Origin: Nitrospinales bacterium
Lineage (GTDB): Bacteria > Nitrospinota > Nitrospinia > Nitrospinales > VA-1
Assembly (NCBI GenBank): GCA_965223345.1
Contig: CBDCWG010000012.1
Span: 2,400,001 to 2,464,000 of the forward strand
Length of the DNA stretch: 64,000 bases
Direction of reading: 5' to 3'
Below, piece after piece: positions 40,963-51,241 of this stretch; positions within the stretch are counted from its first letter, which is position 1; each line of letters starts with the position of its first letter. A model generated the notes under the pieces. It saw only the letters and a list, made by a program, of their open reading frames with translations, had not been told where the DNA came from and ran no database searches. The translations under genes and the position numbers were made by a program.

Positions 40963-42471
40963 ATGGCGCTATTGATGGATCATCTGATCAGTTGGATGAT
41001 CGCGGTTCCTGTTTTGGGAATCGTCAGTCTGGCATTTGTACGTGATGAAGAATCGATTCGGCGCATTGCCTTGGGCTTCACAATGGTGGAGTTTTTCCTT
41101 TCGCTGGTGCTCTGGAAGAATTTTGATTTCACCCAGCAAAGCATGCAGTTCGTTGAGCGTGTGGAATGGATGCCCACGTTCAATATTCAGTATGCGGTGG
41201 GGGTCGATGGCATCAGCATTCTTTTGGTGATACTAACAGCCCTTCTTTGCCCACTCTGTGTCCTTTGTTCGTGGACGGGAATCACGACACGAGTCCGGGC
41301 CTATCTCTCGCTGATCCTGCTTGTCGAAAGCGCCATGATTGTGGTCTTCACCGCTTTGGATCTTTTCCTGTTTTTCATGTTGTGGGAACTCACGATGATT
41401 CCCATGTATTTCATGATCATTCTCTGGGGCGGGCCGAATCGTATCGCTGCCGGGCTTAAATTCGTTTTGTACAGTCTGACGGGAAGCTTGCTGATGCTGG
41501 TGGGCATATTGGGTACTTATCTTAACGGGGGACATACCTACGATCTGTTGGTGTTGACGGAACAGACCTATTCTTCCAGCACGCAATTCTGGTTGTTCCT
41601 GGCGTTCTTTCTGTCTTTCGCGATAAAAATGCCGATGGTTCCCTTTCACGCGTGGCTCCCTGACGCGCATTCCGAAGCCCCGACAGCGGGCAGCGTGATT
41701 CTGGCCGGGGTGTTGTTGAAAATGGGGGGATACGGGTTTTTGCGTTTTTGTTTGCCGATGTTTCCAGAAGCTTCGATGAAATTCGCCCCCTATATTTTGT
41801 GGTTGTCTGTCATCGCCATTGTCTATGGCGGATACATTGCCCTGGCGCAGTCCGATCTTAAAAAGCTCGTCGCTTATTCCTCCGTATCCCATATGGGTTT
41901 TGTCACTCTCGGAATTTTTGTGTTCAACAGCCAGGGCATCCAGGGGGCCGTCCTGCAAATGTTCAATCACGGGATCACGACCGCGGCCTTGTTCATTGCC
42001 GTTGGACAATTGTACGACCGCACTCACAGTCGGGCGATTTCCGACTACGGCGGCTTGCATAAATCCATGCCAAGATTTGTCGCCTTGTTCTTTTTGTTTG
42101 CCGTCGCCGCCTTCGGGCTGCCGGGAACCTGTAATTTCATCGGCGAATTTTTAGTCCTGGTAGGAACTTCCTACGTCAGCATCACCATGGTTCTTATCTC
42201 TATGGGCGGTATTGTTTTGGCTGCCGGCTATATGTTGTGGATGCTGCAAAGGGTGGTGTTGGGGAAGCCAAAGACAGAAGCCATCAAGTTGATCCCGGAT
42301 TTATCGAATCGGGAACTGGCCACGCTGATTCCATTGGCGATCCTCGTCTTGAGCATTGGATTGTATCCCGGACCTCTGATGGAGATGATGGATGCGAGTG
42401 TGATTCACCTCATCGAACAAACCACAGGGCTGCAAGGCGCCGAAGTACCTCAACTTCAGCCTGGTCCCTGA
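40963..42471 (+). CDS. nuoM: NuoM-like antiporter subunit
   Basis: GVDGIS, WE...IPMY, IKMP.VPFH.WLPDAH, LLKMGGYG, NHG, FIGEF. Confidence 0.88.
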   Translation: MALLMDHLISWMIAVPVLGIVSLAFVRDEESIRRIALGFTMVEFFLSLVLWKNFDFTQQSMQFVERVEWMPTFNIQYAVGVDGISILLVILTALLCPLCVLCSWTGITTRVRAYLSLILLVESAMIVVFTALDLFLFFMLWELTMIPMYFMIILWGGPNRIAAGLKFVLYSLTGSLLMLVGILGTYLNGGHTYDLLVLTEQTYSSSTQFWLFLAFFLSFAIKMPMVPFHAWLPDAHSEAPTAGSVILAGVLLKMGGYGFLRFCLPMFPEASMKFAPYILWLSVIAIVYGGYIALAQSDLKKLVAYSSVSHMGFVTLGIFVFNSQGIQGAVLQMFNHGITTAALFIAVGQLYDRTHSRAISDYGGLHKSMPRFVALFFLFAVAAFGLPGTCNFIGEFLVLVGTSYVSITMVLISMGGIVLAAGYMLWMLQRVVLGKPKTEAIKLIPDLSNRELATLIPLAILVLSIGLYPGPLMEMMDASVIHLIEQTTGLQGAEVPQLQPGP

Positions 42472-42640
42472 ACAAATCTTTATACTCGCATCCTTCTCCA
42501 TACCGGCATCAAACCTGTTTGATTGCCGTGTCCTGGGCGGGATAAGTCTTATTCTCTGCCCTGAGACGTTGTGATATAGTTCACAAAATCCTGAAACGAC
42601 CGTTTTTGTTTTTGGATCCAGAATTTAGAGGAATGAAAAT

Positions 42641-43063
42641 TTGAAAGCGAGCCCGGAAACAGAATCTGCCATTCTCGCCATCATGGATCAGGTCTGGAAG
42701 TGCTGGTCGGAAAAAAGATGGGACGATCTGATCCAGTTTTATGTGCCCGATCCGGATCTTCGGGTGATCGGCGCCGGAGCCGGGGACATGAGTGTCGGAC
42801 CGGAAAACGTGAAAGCGCAATGGCAAAGCGCGGAGAACAAGGAAGAGAAAATCGTATCCTTGGAATATGAGAATCCACAAATCTCGCAATCGGGAGATGT
42901 GGCCTGGTTTTCGGCAGGGCTTAAGGTCGAGCTCCCATCTGAAGAGGGCACGTTCAATATCTATTTGCGCTGTTCCGCTGTTTACGAATATCGCGACGAT
43001 CGCTGGTTGATCGCTCAGATGCACCTCTCCGCGCCCCTCGATCTCCGGTCGCCATCCCAGTGA
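42641..43063 (+). CDS. SnoaL/NTF2-like domain protein
   Basis: GDVAW, R.SAV, W.I.Q.H.S.P; TTG start. Confidence 0.75.
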   Translation: MKASPETESAILAIMDQVWKCWSEKRWDDLIQFYVPDPDLRVIGAGAGDMSVGPENVKAQWQSAENKEEKIVSLEYENPQISQSGDVAWFSAGLKVELPSEEGTFNIYLRCSAVYEYRDDRWLIAQMHLSAPLDLRSPSQ

Positions 43064-43115
43064 AAAGTTGGGGCATTGATGTCTCCTGTGTGTTTGAAGC
43101 CAACCCATAAGAGCG

Positions 43116-44528
43116 ATGTTTAGTTATTCTCAGCTTGCGAGCGAACAGAAGTCCGGATTGTTTTCTCTCGATCAGGCGTCGCAGTTTTTAAAAAGCCTGT
43201 CGAGCCAGTTGGACACGCTGGTCCGCAACCGCTTGTGGCTGCAGGTCATCATCGGACTGGTGGCCGGGATTGCCGTCGGCGGCGTCCTGGGTCCGGACCT
43301 GGGACTCATCGAGCCGCAAACCGCGATTCGTATCAGCGACTGGCTGGCGCTGCCGGGGAAGCTGTTTCTCGGGCTGATCGGCATGGTGGTCAGCATTCTG
43401 GTGCTGGCCTCGATCGTCAGCGGCCTTAGCAAATCCACCGGCGGCGAACAACTCAAAACCATCGGTATCAAGCTCACGCTGTTCGTGGTGATCACCACGG
43501 CGCTGGCGGCTGGGTTGGGGATCACGCTGGGGCTTCTCATCGAGCCCGGATCCTACATCGATCTTGCCTCCGGTGACGCCGCTGCCGGATCTTCCGCGGG
43601 GCCCGCCACAAAAAAACAGCCCGTCGACTACAACGTTCCCGAACTGATCGCCGGGCTCATTCCACGCCATCCCCTGGCCTCCCTCGCCGAGGGAGAGATG
43701 CTGGGGATCGTGGTGTTCGCCATTCTCATCGGCATCGCCTGCACCACGGCGACCCGAGAACGCGTGGAGCCGTTTTTGAATTTGATGGAATCGTTGCTCG
43801 AAGTCTGCATGAAGGTGGTGCAGTGGGCCATGTTTCTGGCGCCCTGGGCGGTGTTCGGGCTGATGGCGCAACTGGTGTCGAAAGTGGGGTTTGAAACCAT
43901 TCTCGGCATGGGGGCGTATGTGCTCACGGTGCTGGCCGGACTGCTCCTGCTGTTGATCGCCTATCTGGTTCTGGTGGCTGTGCTGGGCGGCATGAATCCC
44001 TGGGAATTTTCTTCCAAAATCGGCGGGGCGCAGCTTCTGGCTTTTTCCACTTCCAGCTCGGCGGCGGTGATGCCTTTGACCATCGAAACCGCCGTGGAAA
44101 AACTGAAGGTGCCCGAGCACATCGCGAGCCTCGTGGTGCCTTTGGGGGCCACCGTCAACATGGCGGGCACCGCACTGTATCAGGCGGTCGCCATCATTTT
44201 TCTGGCGCAGATGTCCGGCGTGGAGTTTTCCGTGGGGGAGCTGTCCCTCATTGTCATCACCCTGGTCGCCTCGTCCATCGGTTCACCGGGAACTCCGGGC
44301 GTCGGGCTGGTCATCCTGGGAAACATCGCCGGCGATTTTGGCATTCCCACCAGCGGCCTGGTGCTCATTCTGGGGGTGGACCGCATCCTCGACATGAGCC
44401 GCACCACCGTCAACCTGACCGGCGATCTGGCGGCCTGCGTCATTCTCGGATCGAAAGCCCCGATCGAAGAGAGGCTCACGCCCCTGGAGCTGGACGAGGC
44501 GAAAGTCGAAAAAATACCCGCCTTGTAA
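43116..44528 (+). CDS. Dicarboxylate/amino acid:cation symporter (DAACS, GltP-like)
   Basis: AFSTSSS, PLGATVNM.GT, DRILDM.RT.VN..GD. Confidence 0.92.
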   Translation: MFSYSQLASEQKSGLFSLDQASQFLKSLSSQLDTLVRNRLWLQVIIGLVAGIAVGGVLGPDLGLIEPQTAIRISDWLALPGKLFLGLIGMVVSILVLASIVSGLSKSTGGEQLKTIGIKLTLFVVITTALAAGLGITLGLLIEPGSYIDLASGDAAAGSSAGPATKKQPVDYNVPELIAGLIPRHPLASLAEGEMLGIVVFAILIGIACTTATRERVEPFLNLMESLLEVCMKVVQWAMFLAPWAVFGLMAQLVSKVGFETILGMGAYVLTVLAGLLLLLIAYLVLVAVLGGMNPWEFSSKIGGAQLLAFSTSSSAAVMPLTIETAVEKLKVPEHIASLVVPLGATVNMAGTALYQAVAIIFLAQMSGVEFSVGELSLIVITLVASSIGSPGTPGVGLVILGNIAGDFGIPTSGLVLILGVDRILDMSRTTVNLTGDLAACVILGSKAPIEERLTPLELDEAKVEKIPAL

Positions 44529-44564
44529 AATTTCGATAGTGGTCTATTTATTTAGTGAGTGGTT

Positions 44565-45446
44565 ATGAAGCGATCTCAACTCAATTTTCTGATTGATGCG
44601 GTCGCATTCGCTGGTGTGATTGCGCTGACTTCCACCGGCCTGCTCATGCGTTTTATTCTCACTCCATTTCAGGGCGGAGAAGGAGGGGCGCATGGGCCTA
44701 AAATGCTGTGGGGGCTGGATCGGCACCAATGGGGTGAGGTTCATTTTTGGATTGCGGCCGGCTTGATGGCTGTCCTGGTGGTGCATTTATTTCTGCACTG
44801 GCGCTGGATCGTGTCGGTAGTGCAGAACAAACCGCATGAAGGTTCCGGCATGCGTGCGGTGCTGGGAATCTTGGGGCTCATTTCTCTCTTGGTGCTTGCC
44901 GCTGTCCCGTTTTTCAGTTCCGTGGAACAAGCTCCGCGACATAAAAAACAGGAAAGAAGAGGCGTCGAACAGGCAAGTCCAGCCTTGGAAACGCACAAGC
45001 AATCGGATCCATCTTCTCAACAAGCGCCTTTTGAGCCTCGTGTCTTCAAAAAACAAGATAAGGATTTTATTGATGGTAGAAAGCAAGGAGAGGAAAAGCG
45101 GAATCAGAACGAAAGTGTCCGGGAGCCGGAGTCTGTCTCATCCGATGAAAAGGATAAAGGGATAGCAAAACCCGCTCAAAAAGAGCAAAAGAAAGAAGCG
45201 GGAACACCGTCTCAAAAAGACGGCTCCAGCGATGTTTTTATTCGCGGCAACATGACGCTCAAAGAGGTGCAAGAGACGACAGACGTGCCAGTGTCTCACC
45301 TCATCGAACAACTCGGTCTGCCACCGGATACATCTCCCGACGAACGTCTGGGCAGGTTGCGCCGGCAATACGGGTTCAAAATGAGTGTCGTGCGTAAAGC
45401 GGTCTCAGAATACAACCAGATGACGAAGAAATCTTCGTCTAGATGA
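44565..45446 (+). CDS. DUF4405 membrane protein with charged linker and C-terminal domain
   Basis: W..VHFW and VHL.LHW His pairs; low-complexity linker. Confidence 0.7.
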   Translation: MKRSQLNFLIDAVAFAGVIALTSTGLLMRFILTPFQGGEGGAHGPKMLWGLDRHQWGEVHFWIAAGLMAVLVVHLFLHWRWIVSVVQNKPHEGSGMRAVLGILGLISLLVLAAVPFFSSVEQAPRHKKQERRGVEQASPALETHKQSDPSSQQAPFEPRVFKKQDKDFIDGRKQGEEKRNQNESVREPESVSSDEKDKGIAKPAQKEQKKEAGTPSQKDGSSDVFIRGNMTLKEVQETTDVPVSHLIEQLGLPPDTSPDERLGRLRRQYGFKMSVVRKAVSEYNQMTKKSSSR

Positions 45447-46245
45447 AAGTGAGAATCGCAGCCGCCAGCAAGATGCGGTAGACGATGAAGGGCAAAAGGC
45501 CGACGCGGGCGACGATTTGGAGCAGCAGCTTGATGGAGATAAGACCCACCCCGAAGCTCACCAGGAAACCGATTCCAAGCTGCGTGCTGTTGTAGGCGAC
45601 ATGCTGGTCCGGATGCGTCAGCCAGGAAGCCAGGGAATGCAGCCCCGCCGCCATGATGATGGGGGTTCCGAGCAGAAACGAGAAGCGGGCAGCCGCGGTG
45701 TGGGACAGGTTGGTGAACAGGCCGGCGGCGATGGTGATGCCGGAACGGGAGGTGCCGGGCAACAGCGCCAGCGCCTGGGCGACGCCGACCAGCATGACCT
45801 GCCCCAGGGTCATGCCCTGGATCTCGATGCCTTGCTCCTTCCGCTTCGCCGCGTAACGGTCGGCGATCAGGAACACCACCGACCAGACGATCAGGTTGAC
45901 CGCCACGAAATCCGTGCTGCGCAGGTTCGACTCGATCGCGTCCTTGCCGAACAGGCCCACCAGCCCGGCGGGCACCGACGCCAGCAGGATGCTGTAGGCG
46001 ATCCGGCGGGTGGCCGGATCGGCGTTTTTGTCGAACAGGCTGAACGACAGCTTCGACAGGTCCGCACGGAAATAGATCAGGATCGCCAGCAGCGTGCCGA
46101 GGTGCAAGATGGCGTCCAGGGCGAGCCCCTGGTCCTGGAAGTCGAACACCAGCGGGGCGAGAATCAGGTGGCCCGAGCTGGAAACGGGAAGAAACTCCGT
46201 GATTCCCTGGATGATGCTCAGAATGATGATCTGGATGGTTTCCAA
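45439..46245 (-). CDS. uppP: Undecaprenyl-diphosphate phosphatase
   Basis: QGITEFLPVSSSGH, PGTSRSG, AARFSFLL; start set at TTG 46245. Confidence 0.93.
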   Translation of the reverse strand: METIQIIILSIIQGITEFLPVSSSGHLILAPLVFDFQDQGLALDAILHLGTLLAILIYFRADLSKLSFSLFDKNADPATRRIAYSILLASVPAGLVGLFGKDAIESNLRSTDFVAVNLIVWSVVFLIADRYAAKRKEQGIEIQGMTLGQVMLVGVAQALALLPGTSRSGITIAAGLFTNLSHTAAARFSFLLGTPIIMAAGLHSLASWLTHPDQHVAYNSTQLGIGFLVSFGVGLISIKLLLQIVARVGLLPFIVYRILLAAAILTFI

Positions 46246-46561
46246 TGTTTGCGCGGAATGTTGCAGATGAAATGAAAAGCAGCGGGAATTATACGGTTTC
46301 CTTTTTCCCAGGTACACCGTTATTTCGGATTTCCGACAAAACGGCCGGAGTTGCCGCCCCTTTGAAAGTGTGCTATGTTAGCGCTTCAACTGGCCGGAGG
46401 GCATAAAATTAAGGATTTACCTTCCTTTGAACCCGGGGTTGACTCTGGCCGGTGTGCGATTGGCCAACCCGAATTCTTATCCGACAGGACACTCGTCCCC
46501 TGGCGCCCGGTTTGAGGTGGGATCGGCCAGGTACTTCCATTGATCGTCCGAGTTTGAGTTT

Positions 46562-47728
46562 ATGAGGCATTTTGCAAGAATCGACCGGCTGCCGCCGTAT
46601 GTGTTTTCGATCGTCAACGATCTCAAGCTGAAAGCCCGCCGGGACGGAGAAGACATCATCGATTTCGGGATGGGCAACCCCGACATGCCGACGCCCAAGC
46701 ACATCGTCGATAAGCTGTGCGAGGCCGCCCGCAAACCGCCCAATCACCGTTACTCGCTCTCCCGCGGCATCTACAAGCTGCGGCTGGCGATCACCGACTG
46801 GTACAAGCGCCATTTCGACGTGGACCTCGACCCGGACAGCGAAGCCATCGCCACCATCGGTTCCAAGGAGGGGATCTCGCACCTGGCGCTGGCCATCATC
46901 GGGCCGGGCGATTCGGTGATGGTGCCGACGCCGACCTATCCGATTCACACCTACGCGTTCATCCTTGCGAACGGCGACGTGATCCAGGTGCCGATGGGCA
47001 AGGACGTCGATTTTTTCCAGGCGCTGCTGGACACGTTCAAGCGCAACTGGCCGCGGCCGAAGGCCATCGTCATCAATTTCCCGCACAATCCGACGACCGA
47101 GGTGGTGGAGCTGGAGTTCTTCGAGAAAATCGTGGAATTCGCCAAGGAGCACGATCTGATCGTGATTCACGATTTCGCCTATGCGGACCTCACGTTCGAC
47201 GGCTACAAAGCGCCCAGCCTGCTGCAGGTACCGGGAGCCAAGGACGTGGGCGTCGAGTTTTTCACGCTTTCCAAAAGCTACAACATGCCGGGCTGGCGGG
47301 TCGGATTCGTGGTGGGCAACAAGGAGATCGTGCACGCACTCAGCCGGGTGAAGAGTTATCAGGATTACGGCATGTTCCAGCCGATCCAGATCGCCGGCAT
47401 CATCGCCCTGAACGGGCCGCGCGAATGCGTCGAGGAGATCCGCCAGACCTATCTGAACCGCCGCAACGTATTGTGCGAAGGGCTCAACCGCATCGGCTGG
47501 AACGTCGAGCCGCCCAAGGCCACGATGTTCGTGTGGGGCGAGATCCCGGACAAGTACAAGCCCCTGGGGTCGCTGGAATTCTCCAAACTGATGATCGAAA
47601 AGGCCAAGGTGGCCGTTTCTCCGGGAATCGGGTTCGGCGAAGGCGGCGACCACTTTGTGCGCTTTTCGCTGGTTGAAAACGAACACCGGATCCGCCAGGC
47701 GGTGCGCGGCATCCGGGATATTCTTTAA
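46562..47728 (+). CDS. alaC: Class I/II PLP aminotransferase, AlaC-like
   Basis: [34 protein letters not shown]; upstream of hom. Confidence 0.8.
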   Translation: MRHFARIDRLPPYVFSIVNDLKLKARRDGEDIIDFGMGNPDMPTPKHIVDKLCEAARKPPNHRYSLSRGIYKLRLAITDWYKRHFDVDLDPDSEAIATIGSKEGISHLALAIIGPGDSVMVPTPTYPIHTYAFILANGDVIQVPMGKDVDFFQALLDTFKRNWPRPKAIVINFPHNPTTEVVELEFFEKIVEFAKEHDLIVIHDFAYADLTFDGYKAPSLLQVPGAKDVGVEFFTLSKSYNMPGWRVGFVVGNKEIVHALSRVKSYQDYGMFQPIQIAGIIALNGPRECVEEIRQTYLNRRNVLCEGLNRIGWNVEPPKATMFVWGEIPDKYKPLGSLEFSKLMIEKAKVAVSPGIGFGEGGDHFVRFSLVENEHRIRQAVRGIRDIL

Positions 47729-47740
47729 GAGACCGCAGTT

Positions 47741-49045
47741 ATGAAGACCATTCAGATCGGCTTGATCGGTTTCGGGACCATCGGCGCCGGGGTTGTAAAG
47801 ATCCTGGCGGACAGTGCGGACCTCATCGAACAGAGGCTGGGGGTCGGGGTGCGCGTGGCGAAAATCGCGGACCTCGATATCGAGACCGACCGGGGCGTCA
47901 AGCTGGAAAAGGGCTGTCTGACCAAGGATGTGAACGAGGTGCTGGATCATCCCGACATCTCGGTGGTGGTCGAGCTGATCGGCGGCTACGAGCCGGCGCG
48001 CACGTTTCTTTTAAAGGCCATCGCCAACGGCAAGCACGCGGTCACGGCGAACAAGGCGCTGCTGGCAAAACACGGTGACGAGATCTACGCCGCCGTCGAG
48101 GCGAGAGGAGTTTCGCTGGGTTTCGAGGGCGCGGTGGGCGGTGCGATTCCCATCATCCGCTCGATCCGCGAGGCGTTCGTCGCCAACCAGTTCTGCGCCG
48201 TGGAGGGCATCGTCAACGGGACGGCGAACTACATCCTCAGCAAGATGACGGATGAGGGCTGCGACTTCCAGACGGCCTTGAAAGAGGCGCAGGAAAAAGG
48301 GTACGCTGAAGCCGATCCGACGTTCGACATCGAGGGCATCGACTCCGCGCACAAGATCGCCATCCTGACTCGGCTGGCCTACGGCACGCCCGTCGATTGC
48401 GACAAAATCTCGGTGCAGGGGATCTCGAACATTCAAACCGCCGATATCGACTGCGCGCGGGAATTCGGTTACCGGATCAAACTGCTCGCCATTTCCAAAT
48501 TCGACGGGGAATCGATCGACGTGCGGGTGCACCCGGCGATGATCGACGCGAAAAACCCGATGGCCAACGTCAATGGGGTGTTGAATGCCATCCGGGTGCA
48601 GGATAATCTGATGGACGAAAACATCCTCATCGGCCACGGCGCCGGTTCGCTGCCCACCGGCAGCGCGGTGGTCGGCGACGTGATCGAGATCGTGCGCAAC
48701 AGTCTGGCGGGGGAGGGCACCCGCGTGCCGGCGCAGTCGTTTCAAAATGCCGGGATGCGTTCGATTCCCTTGAAGGACATGAACGCCATCGAGGGCGAAT
48801 ATTTTTTCCGGTTCAACGTGCAGGATTCGCCGGGGGTGCTGTCGAAAATCGCGGGCATCCTCGGGGATCATGCGATCAGCATCGAGTCGGTCATCCAGCG
48901 GGGGCGCGACCCGCACGGCAACGGCATCCCGCTGATCATGATGTCCCACAAGGCGAGCGAGAAAAACGTGCGCGACGCGCTGGTGGAAATCGACAGGCTG
49001 GATGTGGTGTGCGAACCGTCGCACCTGATCCGCGTCGAGAACTGA
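47741..49045 (+). CDS. hom: Homoserine dehydrogenase with ACT domain
   Basis: G.GTIG, VTANK, NGT.NYIL, GYAEADP. Confidence 0.95.
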   Translation: MKTIQIGLIGFGTIGAGVVKILADSADLIEQRLGVGVRVAKIADLDIETDRGVKLEKGCLTKDVNEVLDHPDISVVVELIGGYEPARTFLLKAIANGKHAVTANKALLAKHGDEIYAAVEARGVSLGFEGAVGGAIPIIRSIREAFVANQFCAVEGIVNGTANYILSKMTDEGCDFQTALKEAQEKGYAEADPTFDIEGIDSAHKIAILTRLAYGTPVDCDKISVQGISNIQTADIDCAREFGYRIKLLAISKFDGESIDVRVHPAMIDAKNPMANVNGVLNAIRVQDNLMDENILIGHGAGSLPTGSAVVGDVIEIVRNSLAGEGTRVPAQSFQNAGMRSIPLKDMNAIEGEYFFRFNVQDSPGVLSKIAGILGDHAISIESVIQRGRDPHGNGIPLIMMSHKASEKNVRDALVEIDRLDVVCEPSHLIRVEN

Positions 49046-49112
49046 CGCGCCGCCGGTGAGTGTGTTCCCGGCTGCGGGCAATATTTATCCGCGAATTTAT
49101 TGAGAAGCGATC

Positions 49113-50441
49113 ATGCAATTTCGGTCCTGGTTTCAGTGCATCAACGGGTGTTCCACGGAGTACGATCTCACCGAGATCGTCTACCGCTGCCGGGACTGCG
49201 GCGAGCTTCTGGAAGTGCGCCACGACATGGAGCTGCTCAAAACCCGTTCGGGTGAGGAATGGAAAGATCTGTTCGTGGAGCGCTACCGCACCAACGAATG
49301 GCCGTACGGCAGCTCCGTCTGGGGCAAAAAAGAGCTGGTGTGCCCGAATGTGGACAACGAAAATATCGTGTCCACCTACGAGGGCGGTACCAATCTGTTC
49401 TGGGCCGAGCGGCTGGGAGAGCAGCTGGGATTGAAGGATCTCTGGGTCAAGCAGTGCGGCATGGCCCATACGGGCTCGTTCAAGGATCTGGGCATGACGG
49501 TGCTGGTCTCGATGGTCAAGCAGATGATCTCGGAGGGCAAACAGATCCGCGCCGTGGCCTGCGCCTCCACCGGCGACACCTCGGCGGCGCTGGCGGCGTA
49601 TTGCGCGGTGGCGGGCATCCCGGCCATCGTGTTTCTTCCCAAGAACAAGGTGTCGCCGACGCAGTTGATCCAGCCCATCACGCACGGGGTGCTCACGCTT
49701 TCCCTCGATACCGATTTCGACGGCTGCATGAAGCTGGTGCAGGAAGTCTGCGCCGAAAATGACATCTACCTGGCCAACTCGATGAACTCCCTGCGCATCG
49801 AGGGGCAGAAGACGATCAGCTTCGAGCTGGTGCAGCAGAACAACTGGAACGTCCCCGACTTCGTGGTGGTGCCGGGCGGCAACCTCGGCAACGTCAGCGC
49901 GGTGGGCAAAGGCTTCAAGATGCTTCACGACCTGGGCGTGATCGACAAGCTGCCGCGGCTGGTCTGCGCGCAGGCGGAACGCGCCGATCCTTTGTACCGC
50001 AGCTACAAAACCGGCTTCAAGAAATTCAAACCGGTGCAGGCGAAAAAAACCCTGGCCAGCGCGATCCAGATCGGCGACCCGGTCAGCGTCAAAAAGGCCA
50101 TCCGGGCGCTGAAGGAATTCGACGGCATCGTCGAGGAAGCCACCGAAAGCGAACTGGCGAACGCCGCGGGAAAAGCCAACCGCACCGGGCTTCTATGCTG
50201 TCCGCACACAGCGGTGGCCCTGGCTGTGGTGGAAAAGCTGGCCAAGCGGGGAGAGTTCAAGGCCGACGATCACATCGTGGTGCTGTCCACGGCGAACGGT
50301 CTGAAATTCACGGACTTTCTTTTCAAGTACCACACCGAAAAGCTGCGCGGCATCCATTCCGATTACGCCTTTTCCCCGGTCGAGCTGCCGGCGGACTACA
50401 ATCGGGTGCGTGATACGATTCTGGAGAAGATCAAAAGTTGA
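49113..50441 (+). CDS. thrC: Threonine synthase
   Basis: HTGSFKDLG, CASTGDTSA, PGGNLGN. Confidence 0.93.
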   Translation: MQFRSWFQCINGCSTEYDLTEIVYRCRDCGELLEVRHDMELLKTRSGEEWKDLFVERYRTNEWPYGSSVWGKKELVCPNVDNENIVSTYEGGTNLFWAERLGEQLGLKDLWVKQCGMAHTGSFKDLGMTVLVSMVKQMISEGKQIRAVACASTGDTSAALAAYCAVAGIPAIVFLPKNKVSPTQLIQPITHGVLTLSLDTDFDGCMKLVQEVCAENDIYLANSMNSLRIEGQKTISFELVQQNNWNVPDFVVVPGGNLGNVSAVGKGFKMLHDLGVIDKLPRLVCAQAERADPLYRSYKTGFKKFKPVQAKKTLASAIQIGDPVSVKKAIRALKEFDGIVEEATESELANAAGKANRTGLLCCPHTAVALAVVEKLAKRGEFKADDHIVVLSTANGLKFTDFLFKYHTEKLRGIHSDYAFSPVELPADYNRVRDTILEKIKS

Positions 50442-51223
50442 AGACCCGTTCTGCACAAAACAGCCGCCGCGTCGCGGGGGGATTAAATTTAAAAATCCTC
50501 AGGCTCCTTCTCGTCATCTTAGGGGCATTCTGGTGTGCCGCTGCCAGCGCCGAGCCGCCCAAGCGGGTGACGATCCCCGCCGGTGAGTTTCAAATGGGCG
50601 ATGTGTATTGCGCCGAGGAACAGGGCAACGCCGACTGGTGCAGCGACGAGACGCCGCATGCGGTCAAGCTCGGCGCGTACGCCATCGACGTGTACGAAGT
50701 GACCAACGCGGATTACCGCAAATGCTTTCAGGCGGGCGTCTGCGACCCGGTTCCCCTGCACGAGGAACGGCCCAAGGATTTCAATAAGAGTAAGCAGCCG
50801 GTGGTGTTCGTGACCTGGAAGGATGCGATGGACTATTGCCGCTGGCAGGGCGGCCGGCTGCCCACCGAAGCGGAATGGGAGCGCGCCGCGGGCGGCGACG
50901 ACCTGGGCGGGGCGCATTTCGGCCAGAAATACAACCAGGGCATGCCGCATCCGGTCGGCGGGAGGAACCCGAACTCCAACGGAGTGTATGACATGATGGG
51001 CAATGTGTACGAGTGGACGCTCGACTGGTACGCGCCTCTGGATACCTCCGGCGTTCAGGAAAACCCGGCCGGGCCGGAAACCGGGAAAGAAAAAGTGGTG
51101 CGCGGCGGGTCGTGGACCTCTCCGAACCACTACCTGCGCGTTTCGGACCGGGTGGCCAAAACGCCGGATCTGCGCTACAGCGATGTGGGATTTCGCTGTG
51201 TCATACCGGATCAATCGCAATGA
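50438..51223 (+). CDS. Exported FGE-sulfatase (SUMF1-like) domain protein
   Basis: RLPTEAEWE.AA, DM.GNV.EW, RGGSW, GFRC; start uncertain. Confidence 0.85.
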   Translation: MKTRSAQNSRRVAGGLNLKILRLLLVILGAFWCAAASAEPPKRVTIPAGEFQMGDVYCAEEQGNADWCSDETPHAVKLGAYAIDVYEVTNADYRKCFQAGVCDPVPLHEERPKDFNKSKQPVVFVTWKDAMDYCRWQGGRLPTEAEWERAAGGDDLGGAHFGQKYNQGMPHPVGGRNPNSNGVYDMMGNVYEWTLDWYAPLDTSGVQENPAGPETGKEKVVRGGSWTSPNHYLRVSDRVAKTPDLRYSDVGFRCVIPDQSQ

Positions 51224-51241
51224 CAGAAAGGTGAAGGAATC

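Noticed and set aside
34850..42471. Canonical complex I (nuo) operon or hydrogenase
   Set aside because: No nuoA-K/N, Fe-S or NiFe subunits; the small subunits are Mrp-type
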